Positions 37,703 through 51,172 of a stretch of 64,000 nt of DNA are shown here, in pieces. The DNA is from Octopus sinensis (lineage: Eukaryota), in the NCBI RefSeq assembly GCF_006345805.1, contig NC_043023.1, positions 3,658,001 to 3,722,000 on the forward strand. Reading direction: 5' to 3'. Each line of letters opens with the position of its first letter. Within the stretch, counting starts at the first letter, position 1. A program made the position numbers and the translations under genes. A model generated the notes under the pieces. That model was given only the letters and a program-made list of their open reading frames with translations, had not been told where the DNA came from and made no database searches.

Positions 37703-38127
37703 GATATATTTACAAGTCTTTTGTAGGGCCAGGGCTACAATAGAAGACACATAAGGTGCCACACAAAAGGGGTTGAGAAGTGACCCTTCTCTTCATAAGT
37801 GTTCATTGGTCATAATGACCTCTCCGATGGTGTCGTTTGCTTGTACCCCACAGAAAAGCATTTCTTGCCCTCCTGGGACGTTGCATGATCTTTGTAAACA
37901 AAGGTCTCATTCACATGGTGTTGTTTCCAGTTTTCCAGATCAACATGTCCAGGGCCCAGGCTATTTGGGGTTTGCTAGTTTGGGAGATTGTTACCTGGCT
38001 TTGAAACAGGAGGGAGTTGACAACAAGAAGGGCATCCAGTAACAGAGAAACTCTGCCCTAACATACACTCCTCTAACCCATGCAGGCATGGAAAACTAGA
38101 TGTTAAAGCAATGATGAGGACACAAAT

Positions 38128-38167
<40 letters not shown>

Positions 38168-38171
38168 CAGA

Positions 38172-38545
38172 GGCAAGGCTGTGTGGTATGAAGTTTGCTT
38201 CCCAAACACATGGTCCCGGGTTCAGTTCCAATCTGTGGCACCTTGGGCAAGAACCTTCTATTATAGCACTGGGACAACCAAAGCCTTGCAAGTGGATTTG
38301 GTAGACTGAAACTGAAAGAAGCCTGTCATACCTGTTTGTTTGTGTGTGTGTGTGTATCACCACCACTTGACAACCAGTGATGGTTTGTTTACATCCCTGC
38401 AACTTACCAGTTGCACAGATAAGAGACCGTTAAAATAAGTATGAGGCTTAATAAAGAACTGGGGTTGATTTGTTCAACTCAACTCCTCAAAGCAATACCG
38501 CCCCCCCCCCCAACATAGCTACAGTTTAATGAATGAAACAAGTTC
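38172..38545 (+). mobile_element. SINE A, old diverged copy
   Basis: Head and tail recognisable. Confidence 0.75.
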
Positions 38546-38884
38546 AGGGGGTGATAAAATCTAATCCACCACCTTTCCATTTTGCCATCCCCTTTTCATA
38601 AAAACCCCTAGCATTAATACCATATCCTTTCCCCTATACCCAACCACATTCCTATAAGTGCTTACTCAACTCCTCTCTTATTCTCTCCACGACAACCCTA
38701 TCACAAGTATTTACCGATTCCTTTCTTACCTATTCTCCCTCATCAACCACTCTCTATTACGTTTTTCCCTCAGTTCTAGGGGTCACCTAGGCCCTTTGTC
38801 TGACAAGTTACACAGTGATCTTCACTAGTGCTGGCCCCACAGAAGAAGCATCCTGTACACTCTTTTCTTTTGTTCCTTCTCGAG

Positions 38885-39172
38885 ACACGCCTGGCTCATA
38901 AGGGCCGGTTTCCCGGTTTCCTTGGTGTATAGGTTCCCCACCCGGACAGGACGCCGGTCCGTCGCAGGTGAGCTGCAAGATGCAGGAGGAAAGAGTGAGA
39001 GAAAGTTGTGGTGAAAGAGTCAGCAGAAGTTCGCCATTACCTTCTGCCAGATCCACACATGGAGCTTAGGTGTTTTGCTCATAAACACATACATCGCCCG
39101 GTCTGAGATTCAAACCCGCAATCGCTCAACTGTGAGTCCGCTGTTCTAACCACTAGACCATGTGCCTCCACC
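38885..39172 (-). mobile_element. SINE D head with an alternative tail module
   Basis: Head like 23028-23395; tail ggctcataagggccggtttcc shared with ~31647. Confidence 0.7.
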
Positions 39173-39334
39173 ATCCTGTACACTCTGTAAAGTGGTTGGT
39201 GTTTAGGAAGGGCAGTGAGTTGTAGAGGAAGTCCTCTCATAGTTATATCATATCAGACTAACACCAGCCAACATGGAAGCTTATTACACACACGTACATT
39301 TATTAGATTCAAACGTGTGTGTGTGTGTGTATAG

Positions 39335-39562
39335 GCTGAGACCCCATTCGGCCTCCCCTCTCCACACCACCAGTGTTATCGAAGGTAAAGGCAAAGGGGC
39401 CGATACAGCTTGGCACCAGGGATGTCACAACTCATTTCTACAGCTGAGTGAACTGGAGCAACTTTGAAATAAAGTGTCTTGCTCAAGAACACAACACGCA
39501 GCCCTGTCCGGGATTCGAACTCACAACCTCACGCTCTAACCACTGAGCCATGCGCCTTCACG
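39335..39562 (-). mobile_element. SINE E (Meta-domain-like)
   Basis: GCATGGCTCAGTGG head; TTGAGCAAGACACTTTATTTC..GCTCCAGTTCACTCAGCTG. Confidence 0.8.
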
Positions 39563-39593
39563 TGTATGTGTGTGTATGTATATATATATATAT

Positions 39594-39982
39594 GTGCAGG
39601 AGTAGCTGTGTGGTTAGTAGCTTGCTTACCAACCACATGGTTCCGGGTTCAGTCCCACTGCGTGGCACCTTTGGCAAGTGTCTTCTACTATAGCCTCGGG
39701 CCGACCAAAGCCTTGTGAATGGATTTGGTAGATGGAAACTGAAAGAAGCCCGTCGTATATATATGTATGTATGTGTGTGCATATGTTTGTGTGTCTGTGT
39801 TTGTCCCCGCCCCAACATCGCTTGAGAACTGATGCTGGTGTGTTTATGTCCCTGTAACTTAGCGGTTCGGCAAAAGGGACCGATAGAATAAGTACTAGGC
39901 TTACAAAGAATAAGTCCTGGGGTCGATTTGCTCGACTAAAGGCGGTGCTCCAGCATGGCCACAGTCACATGACTGAAACAGA
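39594..39982 (+). mobile_element. SINE A
   Basis: Full-length. Confidence 0.9.
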
Positions 39983-39992
39983 TATATATATA

Positions 39993-40027
<35 letters not shown>

Positions 40028-40338
40028 AACATATACATACACGCACAAGTACTACAAAGACAGACATACACATACATACACTATCATGTATACGTACACA
40101 TGCACACACGCGAATACAAACACAGTCTCGTGCACACGCGTATACGTACACGCGCTCGCGCACAAGCGTATACACATGGATGCGCACACACATACACACC
40201 TATATATGCATAGACACACGCACAATCACACGTATATACATTCATTCTAACATGCACACACACACACACACACACACATGAGAGAAGGTAGTAGACATCA
40301 ATACACAATACAAAATCATACGATGGATCTGCTTCGAT

Positions 40339-40438
40339 NNNNNNNNNNNNNNNNNNNNNNNNNNNNNNNNNNNNNNNNNNNNNNNNNNNNNNNNNNNNNN
40401 NNNNNNNNNNNNNNNNNNNNNNNNNNNNNNNNNNNNNN
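40339..40438. other. Assembly gap (100 N)
   Basis: Run of exactly 100 N, probably a placeholder of unknown size. Confidence 0.98.
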
Positions 40439-40558
40439 AGCTGTGACCATCCCCAACTTTTATTCAGGCATAGTGCATCTAGGACTACATTTTCTAATGT
40501 ATAGTACAGTAGTTAGCATCAGTGGCTATATTTGTTGTTTAACCCTAGGTCAGTCTTG

Positions 40559-40601
<43 letters not shown>

Positions 40602-40769
40602 GGCCCTTTGGTGTAGGCCCTTACTATCAAGTCTTTACCATCTTATCTCTCCTCTCTCCTCAGCAAAAGAGACTGATAGAATAAGGTCCTGGGGTCGCTT
40701 TGCTTGACTAAAGGTGGTGCTCCAGCATGGCCACAGTCAAATGACTGAAACAAATAAAAGGATTTAATA

Positions 40770-41127
40770 ATTCTTCCTCTCTCCGTCTGTCTGTCTCCCT
40801 CTCTGTCTGTCTGTCTGTCTCCCTCTGTCTGTCTGTCTGTCTCTCTCTCCGTCTGTCTGTCTCTCTCTCTCTGTCTCTCCCTGTCTGTCTCTGTCTCTTT
40901 CTCTCCTTCTGTCTCTTTCTCTCCTTCTGTCTCTTTCTCTCCTTCTGTCTCTTTCTCTCCTTCTGTTTCTTTCTCTCCTTCTGTCTCTCTCTCTCCTTCT
41001 GTCTCTCTATCTCCCTCTGTCTCTCTCTCTCCCTCTGTCTCTCTCTCCCCCTCTGTCTCTCTCTCCCTCTCTGTCTGTCTATCTCTCTCTTTCCCTCTGT
41101 CTGTCTCTCTCTCTCCGTCTATCTGTC

Positions 41128-41160
<33 letters not shown>

Positions 41161-41235
41161 CCCTGTCTGTCTCTGTCTCTTTCTCTCCTTCTGTCTCTCC
41201 CTCTTTCTCCCCCTCTCTCTCTCTCTCTACCCTGC
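40770..41235. repeat. CT-rich minisatellite (18-bp CTGTCTCTTTCTCTCCTT units)
   Basis: Direct reading. Confidence 0.95.
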
Positions 41236-42353
41236 CTTCCAATATTTCAAGCCAACCCATTCCATATGACTAATAAAGAAGCACCACTAACGAGGAAATG
41301 ATTATCTGTGATTATATATGGGTGGGTGTGTATGGAAGGGTGGATGGGTGTCAGTTTGTGTGTGTATATGTATGTCTATTAATCTGTATAGGCATGGGTT
41401 TGTGGCTATGTATGTATAAGTGGATGTGTATTTGTGTGTCTATATGTATAATACATGTGTGTATGTATGTGTATGTGTTATATGTATGTGTATAGTGTGT
41501 GTGTGTGTAATATACATTTGTATGATTGTATGTAAATTTATGTATTTGTATGGTTGTGTGTGTGTATATCTGTATAGGTGTGTGTGTGTATATCTGTATA
41601 GGTGTGTGTGTGTGTGTGTGTATATCTGTATAGGTGTGTGTGTGTGTGTGTGTATATCTGTATTGGTGTGTGTATGTGTATAGGTGTGTGTATGTGTGTG
41701 TGTGAGAACCGTTTCATTGACACAGATTTATTTTGGTTATTACTGAAATAAAACACCGAGCCACCCCCCACCACCCCTCGACTCCCCTCTGTTCACCCCC
41801 CCCCCCGTTTATGTATTATAATAGGTATTGTTTAGTGCTAAATATCAGTATTTACCTGGTGATGGCCACTGACACACTTCTGGATTGGTTTACAAGAGGA
41901 ATTGTGTCAGAAGCCAACTTGCACAACTACTTCATGACTTCTGTCTGTCTGTCTCTCTCTGTCTTTCAGTGTGTCTCTCTGTCCATCTCCCTTACTTTGT
42001 CTTTCTCTCTCTCTCTCACTTTCTGTCTCCCTGTGTTTTTCTCACTTTATCTCTTTCTTTCTCTTTGTCTCTCTCCCTCTCTCTTTGTATAGGTATATAT
42101 AAATTTGTATATATGGGTATAAATATGGATGTGTGTTTGGGACTGTATGTATGGTTATAAATAGGAATATATATATATATATAGTCATGTATGTATGTAT
42201 GTACATATATATGTATGTATGTATATGCATGTATGTATGTATGTACATATATATGTATGTATGTATATGCATGTATGTGTGTATGTATGTATATATATGT
42301 GTATGTATGTGTATATATGTGTAATATGTATGTATGTAATGTATGTATGTATG

Positions 42354-42383
<30 letters not shown>

Positions 42384-42388
<5 letters not shown>

Positions 42389-42755
42389 ATATAACGGCAT
42401 TTTGTCTGTGCGTGTTTCTGTGTGTCTGTTTGGTTGTACCCTCACTCTGACCACGGCTTTCCACCCGATTCTGATGAAACTTGACACACACATAGCCCAA
42501 TGTCATAATTCAAAACTAACGCAGCGAAAATTTTGAAAAGTTCCCCCAGTTCTGAAAAAAATCGATAAATTCGACATGGGGTCGAGAATCAGAAACCCAA
42601 CCACAGACCGTCTAGGGACGCAACTCCACCTTTTTTAACTCTCAAAAAAATTTACCATTTTTTCATTTTTTTGCTATTTTTTGGCTATAACTCTCTAAAA
42701 ATGTTTTATAGTTATTTCCCTTACAAACCTGTGCAACGCCGGGCGATACTGCTAG
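42384..42755 (+). mobile_element. Non-autonomous Helitron family H2
   Basis: TC start inside (AT)n, CCGATTCTGATGAAACTTG core, 3' CCTGTGCAACGCCGGG hairpin then CTAG. Confidence 0.9.
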
Positions 42756-42767
42756 TATATATATATA

Positions 42768-42975
42768 TGGTGGCGAGCTGGGTGAAATACTTAGCGGTAT
42801 TTCATCTGACATTACTTTTTCATTCAAATTCCGCCGACATCGACTTTGCCTTTCATCCTTTCGGGGTCGATTAAATAAGTACCAGTTACACAATGGGGTC
42901 GATGTAATCGACTTAATCCCTTTGTCAGTCCTTGTTTATCCCCTCTATGTGTAGCCCCCTGTGGGCAATAAAGAA
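42768..42975 (+). mobile_element. SINE B
   Basis: Head, Nin-like box, tail. Confidence 0.85.
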
Positions 42976-43522
42976 ATATATATATATATATGTATGTGTG
43001 TATGTATATATATATATATAATATATATAAGTTCATATTTGGTTTGCAAGATTCTTGATGTGAATTCGTTTGTTGAAAGAAATACTATTGAACTTTGGGA
43101 CGGTCAATATGCCAGTAATGATAAACACACACACTGGTTTGGTTCTTTATTGTTAATGGGTTAGTTCCTCCATTAACCAATGTATTGATCAGCCGTTTTT
43201 TTACTATTTTTCAAACTCATATGTTAAACAATTTGGTCGAACAATTAACCATTCAACTGTTCGATATTGTTAGTGTTGCTGTTACTTATTTCATCACCTT
43301 GTTGCAATCTCTTCAGTGACATGTCACTTTACTTCCATTTCTTTTGAACTTATGTTCCAGCGTTGGGATTTGTCCGAGATGAGTATGTGAGTGTGTGTAT
43401 GTCAGCATGTGTGTGTGTGTTTATACATAATTGTGTGCATCCATATATGTGTGTGTGTGTGTGTTTTTTTTAAATACTGTGCCATTTTTCATATACACAA
43501 GTTAGTGGTTTTCTCTGTGTAT

Positions 43523-43855
43523 GTGGTAGGAGCACTCTGTTGGTTACGACAACGAGGGTCCCAGCTGATCCGATCAACAGAACAGCCTGCTCATGAAATT
43601 AACGTGCAAGTGGCTGAGCACTCCACAGACAAGTGTACCCCTATCGTAGTTCTCAGGGAGATTCAGCATGACACAGAGTGTGACAAGACCGGCCCTTTGA
43701 AATACAGGTACAAATCATTTTTGCCAACTGAGTGGACTGGAGCAATGTGAAATAAAGTGTCTTGCTCAAGGACACAATGTGTCTCCAGGAATCAAACTCA
43801 CGACCTTACAATCGTGAGCCGAATGCCCTAACCACTAAGCCGCATGCCTTCACAA
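43523..43855 (-). mobile_element. SINE E head with SINE D-type tail
   Basis: Meta-like box plus tail homologous to 23028-23215. Confidence 0.8.
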
Positions 43856-44321
43856 AGGTGTATGTGGTGATAGATGGATAAATACGCACACATACAAGCC
43901 TGGTTTTATGTCTGACTTTGCTTGCAACCATGTCTTTGAATTTAGCTCCATTGGGTAGCTCTCTATTTTGTGCCAGTTTTTAATGAGTTACTGTTCTCAT
44001 AGATAACTTGCCTGCACTATGATTTGCAGACACCATGTATCATTTATCTGCCACTTGCTTGCCATTGGACTGTGGCCATGCTGGGGCACCACCTAGAAGG
44101 GTTTAGTGAAACAAATTATTCCCAGTACTTTGTTTTTTGGTGAGGTCTGGTATTTGTTCTACCTAAAGCAACATGCATGCATTTACAGTAATGTGTCTGC
44201 TTCTATGGAAACATGCACATGTATGCATATCTAACACGTGTGCATGTTCACAGCAACATGTGCGTGCTCTTGTATCTGCAGCAAAATGCGTGCATGTCTA
44301 CACATGTGCATATCTACAGCA

Positions 44322-44475
44322 GCATGGCTGTGTGGTAAGTAGCTTGCTTCTCATCCACATGGTTCCAGATTCAGTCCCACTGCGTGGCACCATGGGCAAG
44401 TGTCTTCTACTATAGCCCCGGGCCGACCAAAGCCTTGTGAGTGGATTTGGTAGACGGAAACTGAAAGAAGCCCGT

Positions 44476-44526
<51 letters not shown>

Positions 44527-44722
44527 CTGTGTTTGTCCACCCAACATCGCTTGACAACCGATGCTGGTGTGTTTACGTCCCTGTCACTTAGCGGTTCGGC
44601 AAAAGAGACCGATAGAATGTGCTGGGCTTACAAAAAGAATAAGTCCCGGGGTCGAGTTGCTCGATTAAAGGCGGTGCTCCAGCATGGCCACAGTCAAATG
44701 ACTGAAACAAGTAAAAGAGTAT
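44322..44722 (+). mobile_element. SINE A
   Basis: Full-length. Confidence 0.9.
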
Positions 44723-45224
44723 CTATAGACGTAGATGTCTCTCTTACACAAAAACACACACACACACACACACACTCGAAGCATGTTATGAGTACCCCCC
44801 TATCAAAACCTTCCCATCTCCCCCCTCGTGTATCATCAAAGAGGAAGTGATTCTAAACAGGAAGTCCTAATGAGGTCACCTTCAATTAGTTTGACCCATA
44901 AATAAAATTTGTCTTCCTGTCTCTCTCACTGACAATTTTTTCTTCCCTGTATTCTTTATGTGGCTTGCACTGTCTTAGGGGGTGGTCACTTGTGTACATA
45001 TGTGTGTGTATGTGTATTGGGTGATGTTGTGGTTAAGAATATTCCAGCCATGACCATCCTGTGTAATTCTATCTGAAATCTGGAACTGTCTTGTACGAGT
45101 TGTCCTTCCGTTTTTTTAAGACAGTTGTGTGATTTGAGGGACGTTTGACTGTTATTTCTAGCATCTTCATTAACTGCATAGAGGATTCCTCATTGTGTAT
45201 GTGCTAATTTGAGTAGTCCAGCAG

Positions 45225-45690
45225 ACACAGGGTCAAAGATGTTCCAACTGTGACCATCCCATCTTTTATTCAGGCATAGTGTATCTAGGAGTACATTATC
45301 TAATGTATAGTATTGTAGTCTCTATTAGTGATTATGGTTGTTGTTGCTTAGCTCCTGGCCAGTCCTAATCCAGTCGACCTATGACCAAACATGTTCCAGC
45401 TGTGACCATCCCATCTTTTATTAAGACATAAGTGTATCTAGGACTACAATTTCTAATGTATAGTACAGTAGTTAGTATCAGTGGCTATATTTGTTGTTTA
45501 ACCCTAGGTCAGTCTTGATCCAACCGACCTATGATCAAAGCTCATCCAGCTGTAACCATCCTATCTCTTAAGACACAGTGTACCTAGGACTACATCATCT
45601 AATGTGTAGTATAGTAGTTTGTATCAGTGGCTATATCTCTTGTTGTTTAGTTCCAGGACAATCCTGATCCAGCTGTGACCATCCCAATTT
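45225..45690 (+). repeat. Satellite family C, ~3 units (also 40439-40557, 47165-47220, and 48445-48950 on -)
   Basis: accatcc..ctaggactaca motif spaced ~150 bp. Confidence 0.85.
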
Positions 45691-45711
45691 TTATCCATTC
45701 TTAGTTTAAGA

Positions 45712-47160
45712 TTGTGCATGGGTCAGTGGTTAGAGCTTTGGGCTGACAACCATGAGGTAATGAGTTCAACTCCCTGACCAGGCTGTGTGTTGTTTACTTA
45801 AGCAAGACACTTTATTTCACATTGCTCCAGTTCACTCAACTTTAGAAATGAGTTGTGACATCACTGGTGCCAAGCTGTATCGGCCTTTGCCTTTCTCTTG
45901 GATAATATCAGTGGCACGGAGAGGGCAGGCTGGTATGCATGGACGACTACTGGTCTTCCATAGACCACTTTGCTCAGACTTGTACTTTAGAGAGGAACTT
46001 TCTAGGTGCAATCCTATGGTCATTCGTGACTGAAGGGGGTCTTTACCCATTATCCTATGTATTGGATTGTCTGGGAAGTTCTAGTCGATTTTTAAAGGAA
46101 AGAAAAAGGTCAATAAATACTTGCCATTACATTTTTAATCAACTAAATATGAACCATTTTCTTGCACAATGCATCTCCATCTTTCCTTTAACTTGAAAAT
46201 ACTCTCTTCCCAGAATTGAGGTGGTTTCATGGCAAAGAATTCATCAAGGTATCTTTTTATGTCATCCAAGGAATTGAAGTTTTTACCATTAAGACTATTC
46301 TGCAGAGACCTGAATAAGTGGAAATCCGAAGGAGCAATATCTGGTGAATATGGAGGGTGGGGTAACACATCCCAGCCGAGCTGCAGCAATTTTTGTCTGG
46401 TTCCCAAAGCATCAAGTGCTGAAAATGAACTTTCTTATCTTCCATTTTAAAGGGTTACAGAATTAACACAGGTTATAGGAACATAAACCTTCTTCCAAGA
46501 AAAGATAGCTTAAACTGTGCTCTAAATGGAGGTGTAGTCAAATCCTATTTTATGGACTCAACCATGTTCTAAAATAAGTCGAAAGGTAAGCTACTATAAA
46601 TCGGCCGAGCTGCAGCAATTTTTGTCTGGTTCCCAAAGCATCAAGTGCCGAAAATGAACTTTCTTATCTTCCATTTTAAAGGGTTACAGAATTAACACAG
46701 GTTATAGGAACATAAACCTTCTTCCACGAAAAGATAGCTTAAACTGTGCTCTAAATGGAGGTGTAGTCAAATCCTATTTCATAGACTCAACCATGTTCTA
46801 AAACAAGTTGAAATGTAAGCTACTATAAATTGGCACAAACTTTCTGGACAACCCAATACATATAATGGTGTGGAGGGTAGGCTGGTATGCATGGGTGACT
46901 GCTGATCTTCCATAAACAAACCTTGCCCAGACTTGTTCCTCGGAGGGGAACTTTCTAGGTGCAATCCTACGGTCATTCATGATTTGATTGGGGTCTTTAC
47001 CCTTTACTCCATGTACCTATAATGGCATGGAGAGCAGGGGCTGGTATGCATGGGCGACTGCTTGCCTTCCATAAACAAACCTTGCTCGGACTTGTTCCTC
47101 GGAGGGGAACTTTCTAGGTGAAATCCTATGGTCACTCATGACCAAAAGGGGTCCTTCTCT
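45712..47160 (+). mobile_element. SINE E whose ~150-bp tail is triplicated, with a mariner inserted between units 1 and 2
   Basis: ggctggtatgcatgg..gaactttctaggtg at ~45925, 46880, 47038. Confidence 0.8.
46058..46858 (-). mobile_element. Mariner deletion derivative with both TIRs, TA TSD and internal ~230-bp tandem duplication
   Basis: ORF 46135-46407 ..HPPYSPDIAPSDFHLFRSLQNSL..; N-terminus MEDKKVHFQHLMLWE; TIRs 46058-46089 and 46827-46858. Confidence 0.95.
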
Positions 47161-47708
47161 TTTCACGACAGTAGTTAGTATTAGTGGCTATAGTAGTTAT
47201 TTAGCCCTGGGTCAGTCCTGGTGGTGTTAATCATGATGGTGGTGATAATGGTGGTATTGTTCATGATGTTTGGCACTGCTTTATTTTATAGTGTTGTTGT
47301 TGGTGGTGGTGATGGGTAGTGCAAATTTTGTAATTAGTATAACGAGCTAAATAGCTAAACACATCAGTGATCTTCTTAATTAATTAAATCTCTACAAGAA
47401 TAGAAGTGTCGAGTGGGAGGTGAGCTGGGAAGTTGTCTACTATTTCAGTGTTAATTACTACATCTCAATCAACCAACTCGTTTATTCTGGATATTGTCTG
47501 AAATATTTGTGTGTATGTGTACCTTTTCATACACGGTTCAGTCAGCAGTCTGTGGCCATGCTGGGGCATCACCTTACAGGGTTTTATTTGAACAATTCAG
47601 TTCTTGAACTTCATTTTTTTAAAAAAAATCTTGGTACTCCTTGCTGATAAACAAGTTACTGGATGCAAACAAACCAACACTGGCTGTCAAACAGTATTGG
47701 GGACAAAT

Positions 47709-47743
<35 letters not shown>

Positions 47744-47769
47744 AACACACACATGTGTATGTCTGGGTG

Positions 47770-47945
47770 TGAAGGTGCATTGGCTTAGTGGTTAGGGTGT
47801 TGGACTCATGATTGTAAGATTGTGGTTTCAATTCCTAGACTGACCAATGCATTGTGTTCTTGAGCCAAACACTTCATTTTACATTGGTCCAGTCCACCCA
47901 ACTGGCAAAAATAAGGAATCCTGCAGCAGACTTGCATCCTGTCCA
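47770..47945 (+). mobile_element. SINE E, diverged
   Basis: TGGCTTAGTGGTTAG head and Meta-like box. Confidence 0.7.
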
Positions 47946-49188
47946 GAGGGAAAATCTTTAGACCATAGACTCTGGGACCATTTGAGCATGGTCGTTGCCA
48001 GTGCCACCGGACTTGCTCCTGTGCAGGTAGCACGTAAAAACACCTCAGCGTGGTCATTGCCAGAACCATCTGACTGGCTCTCATGCCAGTGGCACGTAAA
48101 AGTACCCAGTATACTCTGAGTGGTTGGCGTTAGGAAGGGCATCCAGCTGTAGAAACTTTGTCAGATCAGATTGGGGCCTGGTGCAGCCTCTGGCTCACCA
48201 GTCCTCAGTCAAACCATCCAACCCATGCTAGCATGGAAAGCGGATGTTAAACGACGATGACGACGATGATGATGATGATGATGATCATTGTGATCATCCA
48301 TGAATATCTGTTTTTCATGCTGGCATGGGTTGGAAAGTTTGACTGGAGCTAACAAGTCAGAAAGTTGCACCAGGTTCTGATCTGATTTGGCTCGGTTTCT
48401 ATGCCTAGGTACCGTGTGTGTGTGTGTGGGTGAGTGTTATAGAATGGGAAGATCACATCTGGGACATCTTTGACCATGGGTCTGCTGGATTAGGATTGAC
48501 CTGAGGCTGAACAACTATAATCATTAATACTAACTACTATATACATTAGCTGATGTAGTCCTAGATACACTATGTCTGATATAAGATGGGAAGGTCACAG
48601 CTGGAACATGTTTGATCATAGTCTTGCTGGATCAGAACTGACCTGGGGTTAAACAACAACTATAGCCACTCATAGTAACTACTACTGTATACATTTCATA
48701 ATATAGTCCTAGGTAGACTATGCCTCACTAAAAGAAAGGTCACAGCTGGAACATGTTTGATCATAGGATGCTGGATCGGGACTGACCTAGGGTTAAACAA
48801 CAACTATAGCCACTTATAGTAACTACTACTGTATACATTAGATAATGTAGTCCTAGCTGCACTATGGCTGAATAAAAGATGGGATGGTCACAGCTGGAAC
48901 ATGTTTGATCATAGGTCGACTGGATCGTGACTGGCCCAGGGCTAAACAAGTATGAAATTTGTCACTGTTGTACTTTATGGTTGAATGGTTTTGCAGTAGG
49001 AAGGACTTTTGTGGCCATGTGTAAGGCAACATGTCACTTGCGCAACCAACCAACCATGAATAAATTCATATGAAACAGGAAGAAAGCTTAGAAGAAAGAG
49101 AAAAAAAACATTGGAATGGGGTGGAGTTGGGGTAGAAATAGGGTATGTGGTGTGGGTATTGTGTGGTATGTGGGGGTGTGTATTGTAT

Positions 49189-50590
49189 GGGCCTGCAGGA
49201 CTAGACCAAGGGGTTGTTAGAAGGCTGGACCATATGAAAATTTTCCTGTTTCATGGTGGTAGGCCCCTTTGGGATGTCACATGCTGAGCACCTTCAGTTA
49301 GGGGCCCAGGCTCTGCTGCTCGTCAAATTGACGGAAAAATCTGTCAAGGTATCCCAGGGATGTTAGAAGGCTGGACTATATGACAATTTTCCTGTTTCAT
49401 GGTGGTAGGCCTGTTTGGGATGTCACATGCTGAGCTACCTTCTTCAGTTAGGGGCCCAGTCTCTGCTGCTCGTCAAATTGACGGAAAAATCTGTCGAGGT
49501 ATCCCTGGGGTGTTAGAAGGCTGGACTGTATGACAATTTTCCAGTTTCATGGTGGTAGGCCCCTTTGGGATGTCACGTGCTCAACTACCTTCTTCAGTTA
49601 GGGGCCCAGTCTCCGCTGCTCGTCAAATTGACGGAAAAATCTGTCAAGGTATCCCAGGGATGTTAGAAGGCTCGACTGTATGACAGTTTTCCTGTTTCAT
49701 GGTGGTAGGCCTGTTTGGGATGTCACATGCTGAGCACCTTCTTCAGTTAGGGGCCCAGGCTCTGCTGTTCGTCAAATTGACGGAAAAATCTGTCGAGGTA
49801 TCCCAGGGATGTTAGAAGGCTCGACTGTATGACAGTTTTCCTGTTTCATTGGGATGTCACATGTTGAGCTACCTTCTTCAGTTAGGGGCCCAGTCTCTGC
49901 TGCTCGTCAAATTGACGGAAAAATCTGTCGAGGTATCCCTGGGGTGTTAGAAGGCTGGACTGTATGACAATTTTCCAGTTTCATGGTGGTAGGCCCCTTT
50001 GGGATGTCACGTGCTCAACTACCTTCTTCAGTTAGGGGCCCAGTCTCCGCTGCTCGTCAAATTGACGGAAAAATCTGTCAAGGTATCCCAGGGATGTTAG
50101 AAAGCTGGACTGTATGACAATTTTCCTGTTTCATGGTGGTAGGCCTGTTTGGGATGTCACATGCTGAGCACCTTCTTCAGTTAGGGGCCCAGGCTCTGCT
50201 GTTCGTCAAATTGACGGAAAAATCTGTCGAGGTATCCCAGGGATGTTAGAAGGCTCGACTGTATGACAGTTTTCCTGTTTCATTGGGATGTCACATGCTG
50301 AGCACCTTCTTCAGTTAGGGGCCCAGTCTCTGCTGCTCGTCAAATTGACGGAAAAATCTGTCAAGGTATCTGGTCGCTCTCTGACAGGTTTATGGTTGAG
50401 TCTATGGCAGTGGAGACCTCCAGCATTCTTGGTCCCCCTCCCCTCAGACTATATCCCTGCTCACCATTACTGGGGCAGAGATTGCTGTCTGCAAGTGCAA
50501 GCCCCTCAAGTCAGTGGCTGCCCCAGTGCATCTCCCTCACTACCATCCAGGGCAATGCTTCTTTTCCCATTCTGCCTGCTGGGGTCATGA
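49189..50590 (+). pseudogene. CRE-type non-LTR retrotransposon RLE domain remnant, its catalytic core amplified into a 149-bp satellite (8 units)
   Basis: 49189: GPAGLDQGVVRRLDHMKIFLFHGGRPLWDVTC* (cf. EPxGLxRxDGKRPDGxT..WD.TC); after the array SLSDRFMVESMAVETSSILGP..IAVCKC..QWLPQCISLTTIQGNA (cf. PxAVETxGxxGP..QRISLAIxRGNA). Confidence 0.8.
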
Positions 50591-50729
50591 GAAATGTTTC
50601 TATATTGTAAGAGGTGAGATTTTCCATATTCGAGTAATACAGGGTCTCCGTTATCCATTCACATTTAGGACGAGGCGCTGCAGTTATTTAACCCAAGGTC
50701 AGCCCTGATCGCTCAGATCTATGGTCGAA

Positions 50730-51135
50730 GATGATGGTGGTGGTGGTGGTGGAGAAGATGTGTGGTGTTGATGGTTGTGTTTGGGTGGTGATGGTTGTGG
50801 TGGTTATGGTCTTTGGGTTTTCGTAATGGTGGTGGTGGAGATGTGATGTTGATGGTAGTGTTTGGATGGTGGCGGTTGTGGTCTTTGGGTTTTGGTGGTG
50901 GTGTCAGTGGCGGTGATGGTAGTTGTAGTAGTGATGATGGTGGTGGTTGTGATGGTAGTGGTCTTGGTCATGGCAGTGGTTGTGGTGATAATGATGTTGG
51001 ATATCATGGTGGTATTAGAAGTCTTGATTCAGTAGTGGTGGGGGTGTTAAGCAAATGATTATGTTGGTAGTGGTGGTGGTTGTCATCACTGATGGGGGCG
51101 GGGGTGTTGTACTGATGATGTTGATGATGATGTTT
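50730..51135. repeat. GGT/GAT trinucleotide-rich low complexity
   Basis: Direct reading. Confidence 0.9.
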
Positions 51136-51172
51136 TAAACCAATATTTCATCCTAATTATTCTTTATTCCAG

